Source: an uncultured bacterium
GTDB taxonomy: Bacteria > Patescibacteriota > Minisyncoccia > UBA6257 > 2-01-FULL-56-20
NCBI GenBank assembly: GCA_963844965.1
Contig: CAWJQC010000004.1
Span: 32,001 to 96,000, forward strand
DNA length: 64,000 bases
Direction: 5' to 3'
Part shown: one piece after another, positions 1 through 8,794 of the stretch
Layout: every line of letters starts with the position of its first letter
Position numbering within the stretch: the first letter of the stretch is position 1
Notes under the pieces: model-generated
Database searches by the model: none
Told to the model about the DNA's origin: nothing
What the model saw: the letters and a program-made list of their open reading frames with translations, nothing else
Position numbers and translations under genes: made by a program

Positions 1-511
1 GGGCAGCTTCCGCTACTCGTGCCTTGTTACGACTTATCCCATGTCACCGAGCTTAAGCTAAATCGCCTGAGGCGATCTTCACCTACTCCCGGCTCCCTTG
101 GATTGACGGGCAGTGAGTACAGGACTCGAGAACGTATTCACCGCAACATAGCTGATTTGCGATTACTAGCGATTCCAGCTTCATGAGGGCAGGTTGCAGC
201 CCTCAATCCGAACTGAGACCGGGTTTGATGGGATTAGCTCCGCCTTGCGACTTCGCAACCCATTGTCCCGGCCATTGTAGCACGAGTGTAGCCCAGGGCA
301 TCAGAGGGCCATGCTGATTTGACGTCATCCCCTCCTTCCTCCCCGCTCAGAAACCACGAGACATGAGACACACGTCACGACTCACAAATTTATTGTGCAT
401 CGTGCTACGTGTATCGTGCATCATGAACTCTGAGCGGGGCAGTTTCGCGTGACACTTGTAACACACGATAGGGGTTGCGCTCGTTACCCCACTTAAGGGA
501 ACACTTCAAAG

Positions 512-542
<31 letters not shown>

Positions 543-669
543 ACGTGACGTCCTTGAGAGAGGGCCCGCCTTTCGGCAAGCTTTCGTCACGAATTTCAAG
601 CCCTGGTAAGGTTCCTCGCTTACTGTCGAATTAAACCTCATGCTCCACCGCTTGTGCGAGTCCCCGTCT

Positions 670-701
<32 letters not shown>

Positions 702-1161
702 TCCCAGGCGGCCGACTTAACGCGTTAGCTCCGCCACTCCGAGGGTCGATACTCGAAACAGCAAGTCGGCATCGTTTAGGGCGTGGACTACAAGGGTATC
801 TAATCCTTTTTGCTCCCCACGCTTTCGCGTCTCAGAGTCAGGAAGGTCCCAGTGCCATGCCTTCGCCTTTGGTGTTCCGCACGATATCAACGGATTTCAC
901 CCCTACACCGTGCGTTCCAGGCACCTCTAACCTCCTCTAGTTTCGCCGTATCTCCTGCACTTCCACCGTTAGGCGGTGGGATTTAACAGAAGACGCACGA
1001 AACCTCCTACACGCTCTTTACGCCCAATAAATCCGGATAACGCTCGAGGTCTACGTATTACCGCGGGTGCTGGCACGTAGTTACCAACCTCTTTCCGTAT
1101 GGTACGGTCACCCAGCACTTTTGGAACGAACTTTTCTAATTTGCTCAAATTTTTGGAGGTA

Positions 1162-1190
1162 TTGACAACAGCAATCACTTCTGCTATAAT
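1162..1190 (+). promoter_or_regulatory. Perfect consensus sigma70 promoter (TTGACA-17 nt-TATAAT) inside the 16S insertion, antisense to the rRNA.
   Basis: TTGACA at 1162-1167, a 17-nt spacer, TATAAT at 1185-1190. Confidence 0.6.
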
Positions 1191-1269
1191 GCCCATAGCA
1201 CATTGGGAGACCAACGTGCCGCACGTCGGGCCTCAGCCCTTGTGCAATTCCCAAAAGGAGAATTGATTT

Positions 1270-1461
1270 ATGCGTGCCAAATTCCCGTCACAAGTCACGG
1301 ATCGAATACTGGAAGCAGCCAAGAAAGAGTACTCCTTCCAGATCAATCATGCGGAATTAGGGCGGCGGCTGTTTACGCGCAAGCACTGTGGCACGAGAAT
1401 GGTTCAGGTAAAAGTCTTTCTGCAAGGAAGACAACAACCTGCCATACTCGGAAAACAATAA
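1270..1461 (+). CDS. 63-aa basic hypothetical protein encoded antisense inside the 16S rRNA insertion.
   Basis: AAGGAG RBS at 1255-1260, 9 nt upstream of ATG 1270. The ORF is MRAKFPSQVTDRILEAAKKEYSFQINHAELGRRLF.... It is preceded by the consensus promoter and followed by an intrinsic terminator. Confidence 0.45.
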   Translation: MRAKFPSQVTDRILEAAKKEYSFQINHAELGRRLFTRKHCGTRMVQVKVFLQGRQQPAILGKQ

Positions 1462-1542
1462 CCACAGATGCACGGACGCCGCAGTATGCCCCGTTTGTTT
1501 GCTGGCATATGTCATGACTAACGACTAGCTGCCACCTTTCTA

Positions 1543-1577
1543 CTGCCACCAGAAGCTTTCCGGTGGCAGTTTTTTAA
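1543..1577 (+). terminator. Intrinsic terminator after the 63-aa ORF.
   Basis: ctgccacc-agaagctttcc-ggtggcag hairpin followed by TTTTTT. Confidence 0.6.
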
Positions 1578-2337
1578 ATCCAAAAATTTGAGCAAATTAG
1601 TTTTCCCGCCAAAAGTGCTGGGTTCTTCCCATACTACCGCAGTTTACAACCCGAAGGCCTTCTTCCTGCACGCGGCGTCGCTCGATCAGGCTTTCGCCCA
1701 TTGTCGAATATTCTCGGCTACTGCCACCCGTAGGTGTACGAACCGTTTCTCAGTTTCGTCGTTGGGGGTCAGGCTCTCACCTCCCCTACCGGTCATAGCC
1801 TTGGTAGGCCGTTACCCTGCCAACTAGCTGATCGGACCTAGGCCGCTCTTGGAGCGTCTTGCGACTTTGGATGCGAATGGCTTTCGCCCCCGCATCATCA
1901 TCAGGAATTACCCCGCCTTTCGGCGAGCTGTGCCCGTCTCCAAGGTACGTTACCAAGGTGTTACTAACTCGTTCGCCGCTCACTATTTTCCTTGCGGAAA
2001 ATAGTTCGCTCAACTTGCATGCCTTATCCACGCCGCCAGCGTTCATCCTGGACCAGGATCAAATCCTCAGTAAAAATCGCGCATTTATTCAATACGCGAG
2101 ATTGTGCGCCATGCATGACGCCCAAACTCGCGCATCTCACTCGTGCGTGAGTTCATACCGCGATTGATTTATTGATCTCGGTTTATTTCAATTCCAAACC
2201 GAAAAATGAATCTTATTGGGACAACTAAAAAACTCTTTTTTATTTACTTTTCTCATATTAATTTTTCAATCTGCAGTCGGCGCAGTCCTTTACCCCGCAC
2301 ATTACCTTCGGTAATAACGGGGCGAGCAACAAAACAT

Positions 2338-2378
2338 CCCCCCTACACATTCTAAACCTCAGAAGAATGTGTAGGGCG
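2338..2378. repeat. CCCCTACACATT palindromic hairpin, copy A, in the rRNA leader.
   Basis: cccctacacattct...agaatgtgtaggg is a perfect 13-14 bp stem. Near-identical arm to copy B at 2771-2813. Confidence 0.6.
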
Positions 2379-2438
2379 GATGTCTTTAGACACACCATAA
2401 TATTGAGATATCAAACCTATCCGTTTTCCATATTGATA

Positions 2439-2466
2439 ATTATATTCTACCCACAACCCTTGTCAA
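2439..2466 (-). promoter_or_regulatory. rRNA operon promoter (TTGACA-16-TATAAT on the minus strand).
   Basis: rc of 2439-2466 = TTGACAagggttgtgggtagaaTATAAT, ~360 nt upstream of the 16S 5' end. Confidence 0.55.
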
Positions 2467-2487
2467 GCACCTATGATTGTGTATAAT
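2460..2487 (+). promoter_or_regulatory. rpmE promoter (TTGTCA-16-TATAAT). It overlaps the rRNA -35 on the opposite strand, and the mRNA is nearly leaderless.
   Basis: TTGTCA 2460-2465, TATAAT 2482-2487, ATG at 2498. No SD. Confidence 0.5.
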
Positions 2488-2497
2488 CTATAGCATT

Positions 2498-2770
2498 ATG
2501 GCCAAGAAAGACCTGCATCCCCAATATTATCCCGCCGCCAAGGTGCACTGCGCCTGCGGAAACACTTTCACAGTTGGCTCAACCAAACCCGAGATTCAGG
2601 TTGAAATCTGCCACAAGTGCCACCCGTTCTATACCGGCGAAGAAAAACTGATAGATACCGCTGGACGCGTGGAGAAGTTTAAGATACGACGGGCCAAAGC
2701 AGTCACGGCTCCCAAGAAAAAGCCCCGACGCGCCCGAGCAACGGAGGACAAGAAGGAACATCGGAAATAA
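2498..2770 (+). CDS. rpmE: 50S ribosomal protein L31 (Zn-ribbon type).
   Basis: [12 protein letters not shown]...CACGNTF...[10 protein letters not shown]...[12 protein letters not shown]. Confidence 0.9.
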   Translation: MAKKDLHPQYYPAAKVHCACGNTFTVGSTKPEIQVEICHKCHPFYTGEEKLIDTAGRVEKFKIRRAKAVTAPKKKPRRARATEDKKEHRK

Positions 2771-2813
2771 TCCCCCTACACATTGTTTGAATTTTGACAA
2801 TGTGTAGGGAAAA
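2771..2813. repeat. CCCCTACACATT palindromic hairpin, copy B, immediately after the rpmE stop.
   Basis: tccccctacacattg-tttgaatttt-gacaatgtgtaggg. Confidence 0.6.
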
Positions 2814-2829
2814 CCAAGGAAACAAGGAA

Positions 2830-2861
2830 GCGGCCTCTACGTGAGGCCGCTTCGCGTTCTT
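2830..2861. terminator. GC hairpin terminator between convergent rpmE and the histidine kinase.
   Basis: gcggcctc-tacgt-gaggccgc followed by ttcgcgttctt. Confidence 0.45.
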
Positions 2862-2955
2862 GCTCGGATAAAAATCGGTCGTATTGCAAACTGTCCGATA
2901 TTTGTAAATCGGCTGCCCGCCACAATCGGCTGACCTCAAAAACGCGAAACTATTT

Positions 2956-3717
2956 CTAACCGACCTTCGGCAACGAGAAACGGAATGTTGAACCTTTACC
3001 TTCCCCCTCGCTTTCGGCCGAAATCTTCCCGCCATGCGCCTCAATAATGCTCTTAGTTATATGGGGCCCGATGCCCGAACCCATGATTTCGTTCCTCACG
3101 CGCTTATCGCGGACATATTCTCTGAAGTTCAGCGGATTCACGCCCGGATCAAAGCCAATGCCGGAATCTTTAACCATGAAGACCGCCTCGCCGTCCTTTT
3201 CTTCCACTCTCACGCCTACGAATCCCTCGGGGGTGTATTTGATAGCGTTGTCAATGAGATTTCTGATGGCGTGCTTCAGCTCCCGCGGGTCAGCGTTCAC
3301 GAAAATATCCCTCGCCGACGCGCTGAACGTCAGATCAATTTCTTGAACGTCGGCGAGCGGTCGCAAACCTTCAACCACGTCTTTTGCCAAACCCACCAGA
3401 TCGGTTTTTGAAAATTCGTACTCCATTTTTCCCTCTTCAACTTTTCTCAAATCAACCATGTTGGTTACGGTTTCAACGAGGTCGTCGGTCGTGGTTTCAA
3501 TTTTCCCGAGAGTTTCTTTCGCTTTCTCGTCTATAACTCCGCACAAGCCCTCACGCAGCAAGGTTGCATAACCTTTTATGACCGCGAGGGGAGTTTTCAT
3601 TTCGTGGGAAGCAATCGCAATAAGCCGGGTGCCGAAGCGATTGGCCTCTTCAAGTTTGCGCCGCATTTGTTCAAGTTCATCCGCAAGTTCCTGCAAGCGG
3701 GTATTAATGTCAGCCAT
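2956..3717 (-). CDS. Sensor histidine kinase (HisKA + HATPase_c) with no transmembrane segment.
   Basis: H-box SHEMKTPLAVIKGYATLL, and the ATPase G-boxes DSGIGF / GSGIGPHI. Confidence 0.8.
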   Translation of the reverse strand: MADINTRLQELADELEQMRRKLEEANRFGTRLIAIASHEMKTPLAVIKGYATLLREGLCGVIDEKAKETLGKIETTTDDLVETVTNMVDLRKVEEGKMEYEFSKTDLVGLAKDVVEGLRPLADVQEIDLTFSASARDIFVNADPRELKHAIRNLIDNAIKYTPEGFVGVRVEEKDGEAVFMVKDSGIGFDPGVNPLNFREYVRDKRVRNEIMGSGIGPHITKSIIEAHGGKISAESEGEGKGSTFRFSLPKVG

Positions 3718-3822
3718 ATTAAAATTCTAACATTGCGCCCAGAAATTTTGTAGATGCACTTGAAAAGCATGCCGCTTCCGTGTTATATTCGGATAAGCTA
3801 ATTTACATCTCTGTGAGGCGCG

Positions 3823-4665
3823 ATGAATTTTATGTATCGGATGGGGTTTTCGGCAATTCTGAAAGTGCGGAATGTCTACCTTGCCTTCCCAAGATGCTAT
3901 AAAGCGGCTGCCGAATGCTACGAAAAAATCGTTTGGTGGCACCTGCTCGTGGCGCCTATCATTCTCATAATCGGCGGCTTCGTGTGGGGCATCGTGACCG
4001 GCGGCCTTTTGTGGGGTCTGAAATGCGGCTCCGGCGTTTTCTTCCTGTTCTTCGAAGCCGAGGGCGTAATCGGATTCTGGGCAAAAGTCATCGGCATCTC
4101 GTTACGTGGGGCGGTGGTCCTCTCCATATTGTGCAGTTCTTACGATATCTTCTGTTTGTTCATACTATCAAACAAAGCGGTGGCTGGCCTAAGGCGTTCG
4201 GTAAAAGCCAACCCGGAAAAGGCCGGCGACTCCTGGACTGACAAATTTTTCTTTCTTGTGCGGGCATTTGAATCCCGCGCTCACGTGGCGGCCGCTGAGG
4301 TTGAAGACAAGGTAAAAAATCTGGAAACTGAATCGGACAACTCGCGGTTCGCCAGAGCATACCGTTGGTTCAAAAGACGCAAGTTACTTTACGCGACGCT
4401 TCCGATCTTCGGATTCGTAGTCGGCGCCCTTTTCATCGGCGTCCCCCTGTCCGTTGTCTGTGGGCTGAATCAGTTGCTTTCCTTTGTCCTAATCGTATCC
4501 GGCAATGCACTGAAGATGATCGCGGCCGGCTATACCGTCTTAAAGATAGGAATGTTCGGCGTCATTCTTTCAGTTGTAGCTGTGGCGTTCGCCGAAAAGG
4601 CAATCAAGTTCTGCATTAGAAAATGGCGGCATCGCCATCTGCAACATAAGAAGGGCCTCGCTTAG
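3823..4665 (+). CDS. Hypothetical polytopic membrane protein.
   Basis: 280-aa ORF with several hydrophobic helices. No recognisable family. Confidence 0.4.
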   Translation: MNFMYRMGFSAILKVRNVYLAFPRCYKAAAECYEKIVWWHLLVAPIILIIGGFVWGIVTGGLLWGLKCGSGVFFLFFEAEGVIGFWAKVIGISLRGAVVLSILCSSYDIFCLFILSNKAVAGLRRSVKANPEKAGDSWTDKFFFLVRAFESRAHVAAAEVEDKVKNLETESDNSRFARAYRWFKRRKLLYATLPIFGFVVGALFIGVPLSVVCGLNQLLSFVLIVSGNALKMIAAGYTVLKIGMFGVILSVVAVAFAEKAIKFCIRKWRHRHLQHKKGLA

Positions 4666-4724
4666 CGGGGCCTTATTTAATCAATGGCAAAATCCGAGTA
4701 GGCGACAATTTCCCCCGACCATAA

Positions 4725-5126
4725 TCAGGGCGCAACATTCAACAATGTCTTGATTTGATCGACCGTCTTGTTCAGATCGTCGGATTTTTTGATGTACCCA
4801 TCGGCGCCCAATTCCCCGGCAAAGCGACGGTCAATTTCCTGTATTTCCCGCCGCGGATCGCCCAAACTTGATAGAAAAACCACTTTTATATTTTTGGTTT
4901 CGGGGTCACTCTTCAACCGCAATACTGCGTCGGCGCCGCTTACTCCCGGCATCTTCACGTCCATTAAAATTAAATCCGGCTTCAATTCTTTAGCCATTTT
5001 TATCCCGCTCTCACCGTCCCCAGCCGTTTCCACTCTAAATCCAGCACTGGTCAACTTCATGCCAAAAATCTCCAGAAAGTCCGGCTCATCGTCAACAATC
5101 AATATCAAGGGTTGTTTATCTGTCAT
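4725..5126 (-). CDS. Stand-alone response-regulator receiver (CheY-like).
   Basis: LIVDDEPDF...DLILMDVKMPGVSG...K. No output domain. Confidence 0.8.
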   Translation of the reverse strand: MTDKQPLILIVDDEPDFLEIFGMKLTSAGFRVETAGDGESGIKMAKELKPDLILMDVKMPGVSGADAVLRLKSDPETKNIKVVFLSSLGDPRREIQEIDRRFAGELGADGYIKKSDDLNKTVDQIKTLLNVAP

Positions 5127-5240
5127 ATTACCTGCTTTAATTATACAATATCATTATATCATAATTGGCACTAAACACGGGAAGCGTGCCGAAACGCGTA
5201 GAGCGACAGCCGCGCCGGCACAATCCCCATTTACGAAACC

Positions 5241-5309
5241 ATGAACAAAATAATCCTAGAAATCCGGGCTGGAACGGGCTTGCCCGCCATAGCCAAATTT
5301 TATAAATAA
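5241..5309 (+). pseudogene. 22-codon relic or uORF that re-codes the N-terminus of the downstream release factor.
   Basis: [22 protein letters not shown] compared with the downstream [23 protein letters not shown]. Similar protein, different codons. Confidence 0.4.
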
Positions 5310-5337
5310 TTCAAGTACGAAGTGGTGCAACAAAAGC

Positions 5338-6057
5338 ATGACAAATAAAGTTATTTTGGAAATAAGGGCGGGGGCGGGAGGTGACGAAGCCGCTATCTTT
5401 GCGGGCGATCTCGCGCGAATGTACCAACGCTACGCCGCAAGGCGCGGCTGGGGATTCGCGACGCTTGACTCAAACGAAACATCGCTCGGCGGCTATAAAA
5501 CATTTATCGCCGAGATAAAAGGAGAAAATGTTTATGACGCGCTGAAAAACGAATCTGGCGTCCATCGCGTCCAGCGCGTGCCGAAAACCGAGAAATCGGG
5601 ACGTGTACACACCTCAACCGCTTCAGTGGCTGTGATTCCCGAAGTGGAAGCAAAACTGGTTGATGTCAACCCGAACGACTTGGAAGTGACATTTTCTCGC
5701 GCCGGCGGCCCCGGCGGCCAGAACGTCAACAAGGTTGAAACGGCCGTAAGGATCTTGCACAAACCGACCGGCATCGTCGTTTCCTGCCGTGAAGAACGCT
5801 CACAGAACGCCAACCGCGAAAAAGCTCTGGAAATTCTGCGCGCGAAATTATTCGAACTTCAGCGCGAACAAGCAGCCGGCAAAGTAAGCGAAATCCGCCG
5901 CGAACAAATCGGCTCCGCCGAACGCGCGGAAAAGATACGCACATATAATTTCCCAGAAGACAGAATCACCGACCACCGCCTCGGAAAGAAGTTTCACAAC
6001 ATAGAGAAAATTCTTGACGGGGATTTGGAACCGATAGTCAAGGCTTTCCAAAAATAA
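5338..6057 (+). CDS. Class-I peptide chain release factor with domains 2-4 only (GGQ present, PKT tripeptide). N-terminal domain 1 is absent.
   Basis: [17 protein letters not shown]...[19 protein letters not shown]. Only ~210 nt upstream is free, so there is no room for domain 1. Confidence 0.75.
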   Translation: MTNKVILEIRAGAGGDEAAIFAGDLARMYQRYAARRGWGFATLDSNETSLGGYKTFIAEIKGENVYDALKNESGVHRVQRVPKTEKSGRVHTSTASVAVIPEVEAKLVDVNPNDLEVTFSRAGGPGGQNVNKVETAVRILHKPTGIVVSCREERSQNANREKALEILRAKLFELQREQAAGKVSEIRREQIGSAERAEKIRTYNFPEDRITDHRLGKKFHNIEKILDGDLEPIVKAFQK

Positions 6058-6067
6058 AACGAGGCGG

Positions 6068-6409
6068 TTATTTCCGCCTCTTGACCTTCTTGGTTTTGGA
6101 ATCCCGCCTTCCCGCGGGCTCCGGCTCCGTCCTACCGCCAAAATACATCCGGCTGTCAATTTCAATCCTGGTGCCGCATCCCGGGCAGGGAACATAATGA
6201 ACAATAAAATCCTGTGTGCCGACAGCGCCTCCGTCAACTGTCTGGATTTGCGCGACCACCTTTTTTCCATCATTTTTCTCAAGTTGGAATTGGCATGCGC
6301 AAATACTGTTGTTGCATACCCAAACTTTTTCCAGCCAATCAGGCCAAACGCTCTTAGATTTCCATTCTCTTACTACGTGCACGCGCCGACTAACCAGTAT
6401 TTTCATTGC
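6068..6409 (-). CDS. Small zinc-ribbon protein (CPGC...C...C), hypothetical.
   Basis: ORF with CNNSICAC ... CPGCGTRIE. The start is taken at the internal MKILVS. Confidence 0.3.
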   Translation of the reverse strand, partial: AMKILVSRRVHVVREWKSKSVWPDWLEKVWVCNNSICACQFQLEKNDGKKVVAQIQTVDGGAVGTQDFIVHYVPCPGCGTRIEIDSRMYFGGRTEPEPAGRRDSKTKKVKRRK

Positions 6410-6500
6410 TAACCTCCTTCCTTCTTGTGAAATATCACTCAACCACATGACAAGGCAACTGAGAATACAATATTGCACAATTATTAAAAAGTCAAATGAG

Positions 6501-6998
6501 CTACCGCGCCTTGCTGATTAATCCGTCCACATCTTTCAATTCTTCCCAAATGCCGTCAATCAAATCATATTTCTTAGCCTCTTCAAGCGTTACCCAGACG
6601 TGATCGGTCAGGTCCTTGCACAATTTTACTTCACCGCTTTTGTAAAACGTCCAGTATGACAGCGTGACCACGGGGAAACCATCAGGGCGGATGAAAACCA
6701 AATCCGTCAAATATTGCGGCTTCTCTATTTCCAGACCGACCTCCTCGCGCACCTCCTTGCGCACGAGCCAATCCATAATGCCGTAGTATTGAAAATATTC
6801 CGTCTCGTGCGGCAGTTTCTCGTATTCATGAACCACAAGTTTCCCGCCCGGCACGGTCCATTTATTCGGGAACGCTTTCTCGTGCGGCGCGCGCTTGGCG
6901 ATCAAAAACCGCGCAACGTCCTGAGCCGAAGGCGAAGGATCTCTTTTGACGATAATCGCTGTCGCGGTTACGAAATGCAGGCGAGGGTCAGTGTCCAT
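6501..6998 (-). CDS. Nudix hydrolase.
   Basis: Nudix box G-x5-E-x7-REVREEVGLE. Confidence 0.7.
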   Translation of the reverse strand: MDTDPRLHFVTATAIIVKRDPSPSAQDVARFLIAKRAPHEKAFPNKWTVPGGKLVVHEYEKLPHETEYFQYYGIMDWLVRKEVREEVGLEIEKPQYLTDLVFIRPDGFPVVTLSYWTFYKSGEVKLCKDLTDHVWVTLEEAKKYDLIDGIWEELKDVDGLISKAR

Positions 6999-7115
6999 TT
7001 CAATTTAATTCCCGACATTTACGAAAGCTCAAAGGGGTAAATTATTCTTCTTCCCTGTGTTCTAAAACTTTCTCGCGCGCCGCTGCAAGTCTACTCGCCT
7101 CTTCGGTTTGGCGAA

Positions 7116-7514
7116 TCACATCTTTCCGACGATCTCTTCGATTTTCACTAAACCCTTCCCAACCATTTCCAGTCTATTCGCCAAAGCACCGACATTCTTC
7201 ATCTCTGCCTCGATTCTCTCAGTTTCTTCTCCTTTTTCCGCATTTTTATATTTCCCCTTAAGCCCCTCTTCCAACTTACGAAGTCCTTCACAAATCGTAT
7301 GCATGTCATGCTCAGTAAAATATTTACCAAGATCTTTTGACATCGAATCTGTTTTTATCATCTCTCTCTTAGCCTCTGCTTTCTGGTCGCCCGTTGCAAT
7401 AAGTCGTCCTTCTCTGTCAACCTCGGCTCCTCCTTTTACCATCTCGGCCTCTTGTATTCTGGCGCTTGCTATTTCCTCCGGCGTCATTCTTGGGAATTCT
7501 TCTGATTTTGGCAT
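7116..7514 (-). CDS. Hypothetical charged/coiled-coil protein.
   Basis: 132-aa ORF, K/E-rich. Confidence 0.4.
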   Translation of the reverse strand: MPKSEEFPRMTPEEIASARIQEAEMVKGGAEVDREGRLIATGDQKAEAKREMIKTDSMSKDLGKYFTEHDMHTICEGLRKLEEGLKGKYKNAEKGEETERIEAEMKNVGALANRLEMVGKGLVKIEEIVGKM

Positions 7515-7564
7515 TGTTTTAACTGTTTAATAATTTTACGGATACGACCTTTTTAGTAAGATAC

Positions 7565-7665
7565 CAATATACAAATGCATGCAAATGATACAAATAATAC
7601 GAATTAATTATTAGTATCCATTCGTATCATTAGTACCATTTGTATATTTGTATCATAGTTTCAAA
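7565..7665. repeat. AT-rich array of TACAAAT/ATTTGTA half-sites (inverted and direct).
   Basis: atacaaatgcatgcaaatgatacaaataat ... ccatttgtatatttgtatcat. Confidence 0.5.
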
Positions 7666-7666
7666 T

Positions 7667-8749
7667 TTATTCCAGTATTTCTGCAATTTGTTTGATCATC
7701 GCGAGCGCTACCGGTGCCGGCAATAAACTATAGGAATCAACGCCTTCGTCATCTTTCACGACCCACGGACTTTCAACGACTTTTATTTTCCCCGAAGAGT
7801 CGCGCTCGTAACTGTAAGCCGGCGTTATTTCGTAATCATCCACAAACTCCGCGGCCTTCGCGACCGGCACAGAGTTGCGGAGATAAACCTTGGGCACGCC
7901 GTGAAGTTCAAGAAGTTTGTTGAAAACCTTCTCGTCGGTTTCCAAGCGCTCTCTGATGGGCTCAATGCCGAGTTCGTCACCCTCTTTGGGCACCATCCGC
8001 GCGCCGTTGCACGAAGGGTTATCGCATATCAAATAAAATTCTTTTTTATCCCTGTCGTATCCCACCTCCTTCGTGGCAAGGAGTTTCGTGTTGCGCGGCG
8101 TCTTGCAAATCGGGCAGACGACGCGCGTTTTTATCCTTGCGTCAATGATGGAAGTCGGCAAACTTATGAACACAAAAAAGTCCGGGTCATCGCGGTAGCC
8201 CAGAAGCTCGCGCAAAAATATTGAATAATTTATCTGGTCCAAGCCGCGCGGAAAGCCGTCTATGAAAATCGCTTGCCTCGGCCGCTTGGAAATCTCATAT
8301 TTCAAAAGGGCCAAAATAAGTTCGGTGGAAACGAGCGAGGACTGACTCCGCCCCTCTATCAATCCGTCTATTTCTTCCAAACTGTGAAAGCCGCGGTAGT
8401 TCTTTTTGAAAAATTCGCTCAATTCTTTTTTCTTCGCCGAATCGGAAAGCCCGGCATGCACGTCACGGACGATGTCCCCCACCGCCACGTGGCCGACATG
8501 GCCTGCCTCGCCGGCAGGCAAACCGCCGCCGATGGTCTCCATGAAAAGCTTGGAGTAAGTGCCCTTGCCAGAATTCTTTTTGCCCAAAAGGTAGCCGACG
8601 AACGTTTTGCCGCTCGCTAAATATTTCCTTATTTTTTCAATTTCCTTGCCGGCCTTCAATTTAAAATACTCCCGGCGCTCGTCCGGGTCGTTCAGGTTGA
8701 ACTTTCGGTCAACTCCCTTTACTTTTGTTTTGAATATAGGGAAATCCAC
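7667..8749 (-). CDS. Adenylate/nucleoside-monophosphate kinase-like protein with long N- and C-terminal extensions and a Zn-LID.
   Basis: P-loop GKKNSGKGT, core IDGFPRGLDQ, and a C-x2-C-x20-C-x4-C lid (CPICKTP...CDNPSC). Confidence 0.6.
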   Translation of the reverse strand: MDFPIFKTKVKGVDRKFNLNDPDERREYFKLKAGKEIEKIRKYLASGKTFVGYLLGKKNSGKGTYSKLFMETIGGGLPAGEAGHVGHVAVGDIVRDVHAGLSDSAKKKELSEFFKKNYRGFHSLEEIDGLIEGRSQSSLVSTELILALLKYEISKRPRQAIFIDGFPRGLDQINYSIFLRELLGYRDDPDFFVFISLPTSIIDARIKTRVVCPICKTPRNTKLLATKEVGYDRDKKEFYLICDNPSCNGARMVPKEGDELGIEPIRERLETDEKVFNKLLELHGVPKVYLRNSVPVAKAAEFVDDYEITPAYSYERDSSGKIKVVESPWVVKDDEGVDSYSLLPAPVALAMIKQIAEILE

Positions 8750-8794
8750 GCGTTTTTTTGTTTTTTTCCCCGACGCTACGGTCGGGGTCTTCGG

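Larger units (their letters stand above)
1111..1622 (-). other. Extended helix-17 plus inserted sequence in 16S. The helix arms 1111-1124/1609-1622 and 1136-1156/1580-1600 are perfect reverse complements and enclose a 423-nt loop insertion (1157-1579).
   Basis: cccagcacttttgg pairs with ccaaaagtgctggg, and ctaatttgctcaaatttttgg pairs with ccaaaaatttgagcaaattag. The E. coli 440-500 equivalent is ~60 nt; here it is ~540 nt. Confidence 0.75.

Noticed and set aside
1203-1517. 104-aa ORF overlapping the 63-aa ORF in the 16S insertion.
   Set aside because: It starts upstream of the SD/promoter-defined unit and lies in a different frame from the RBS-linked ATG.
7108-7530. 140-aa plus-strand Ser-rich ORF.
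   Set aside because: Antisense to the 7116-7514 gene, and low complexity.
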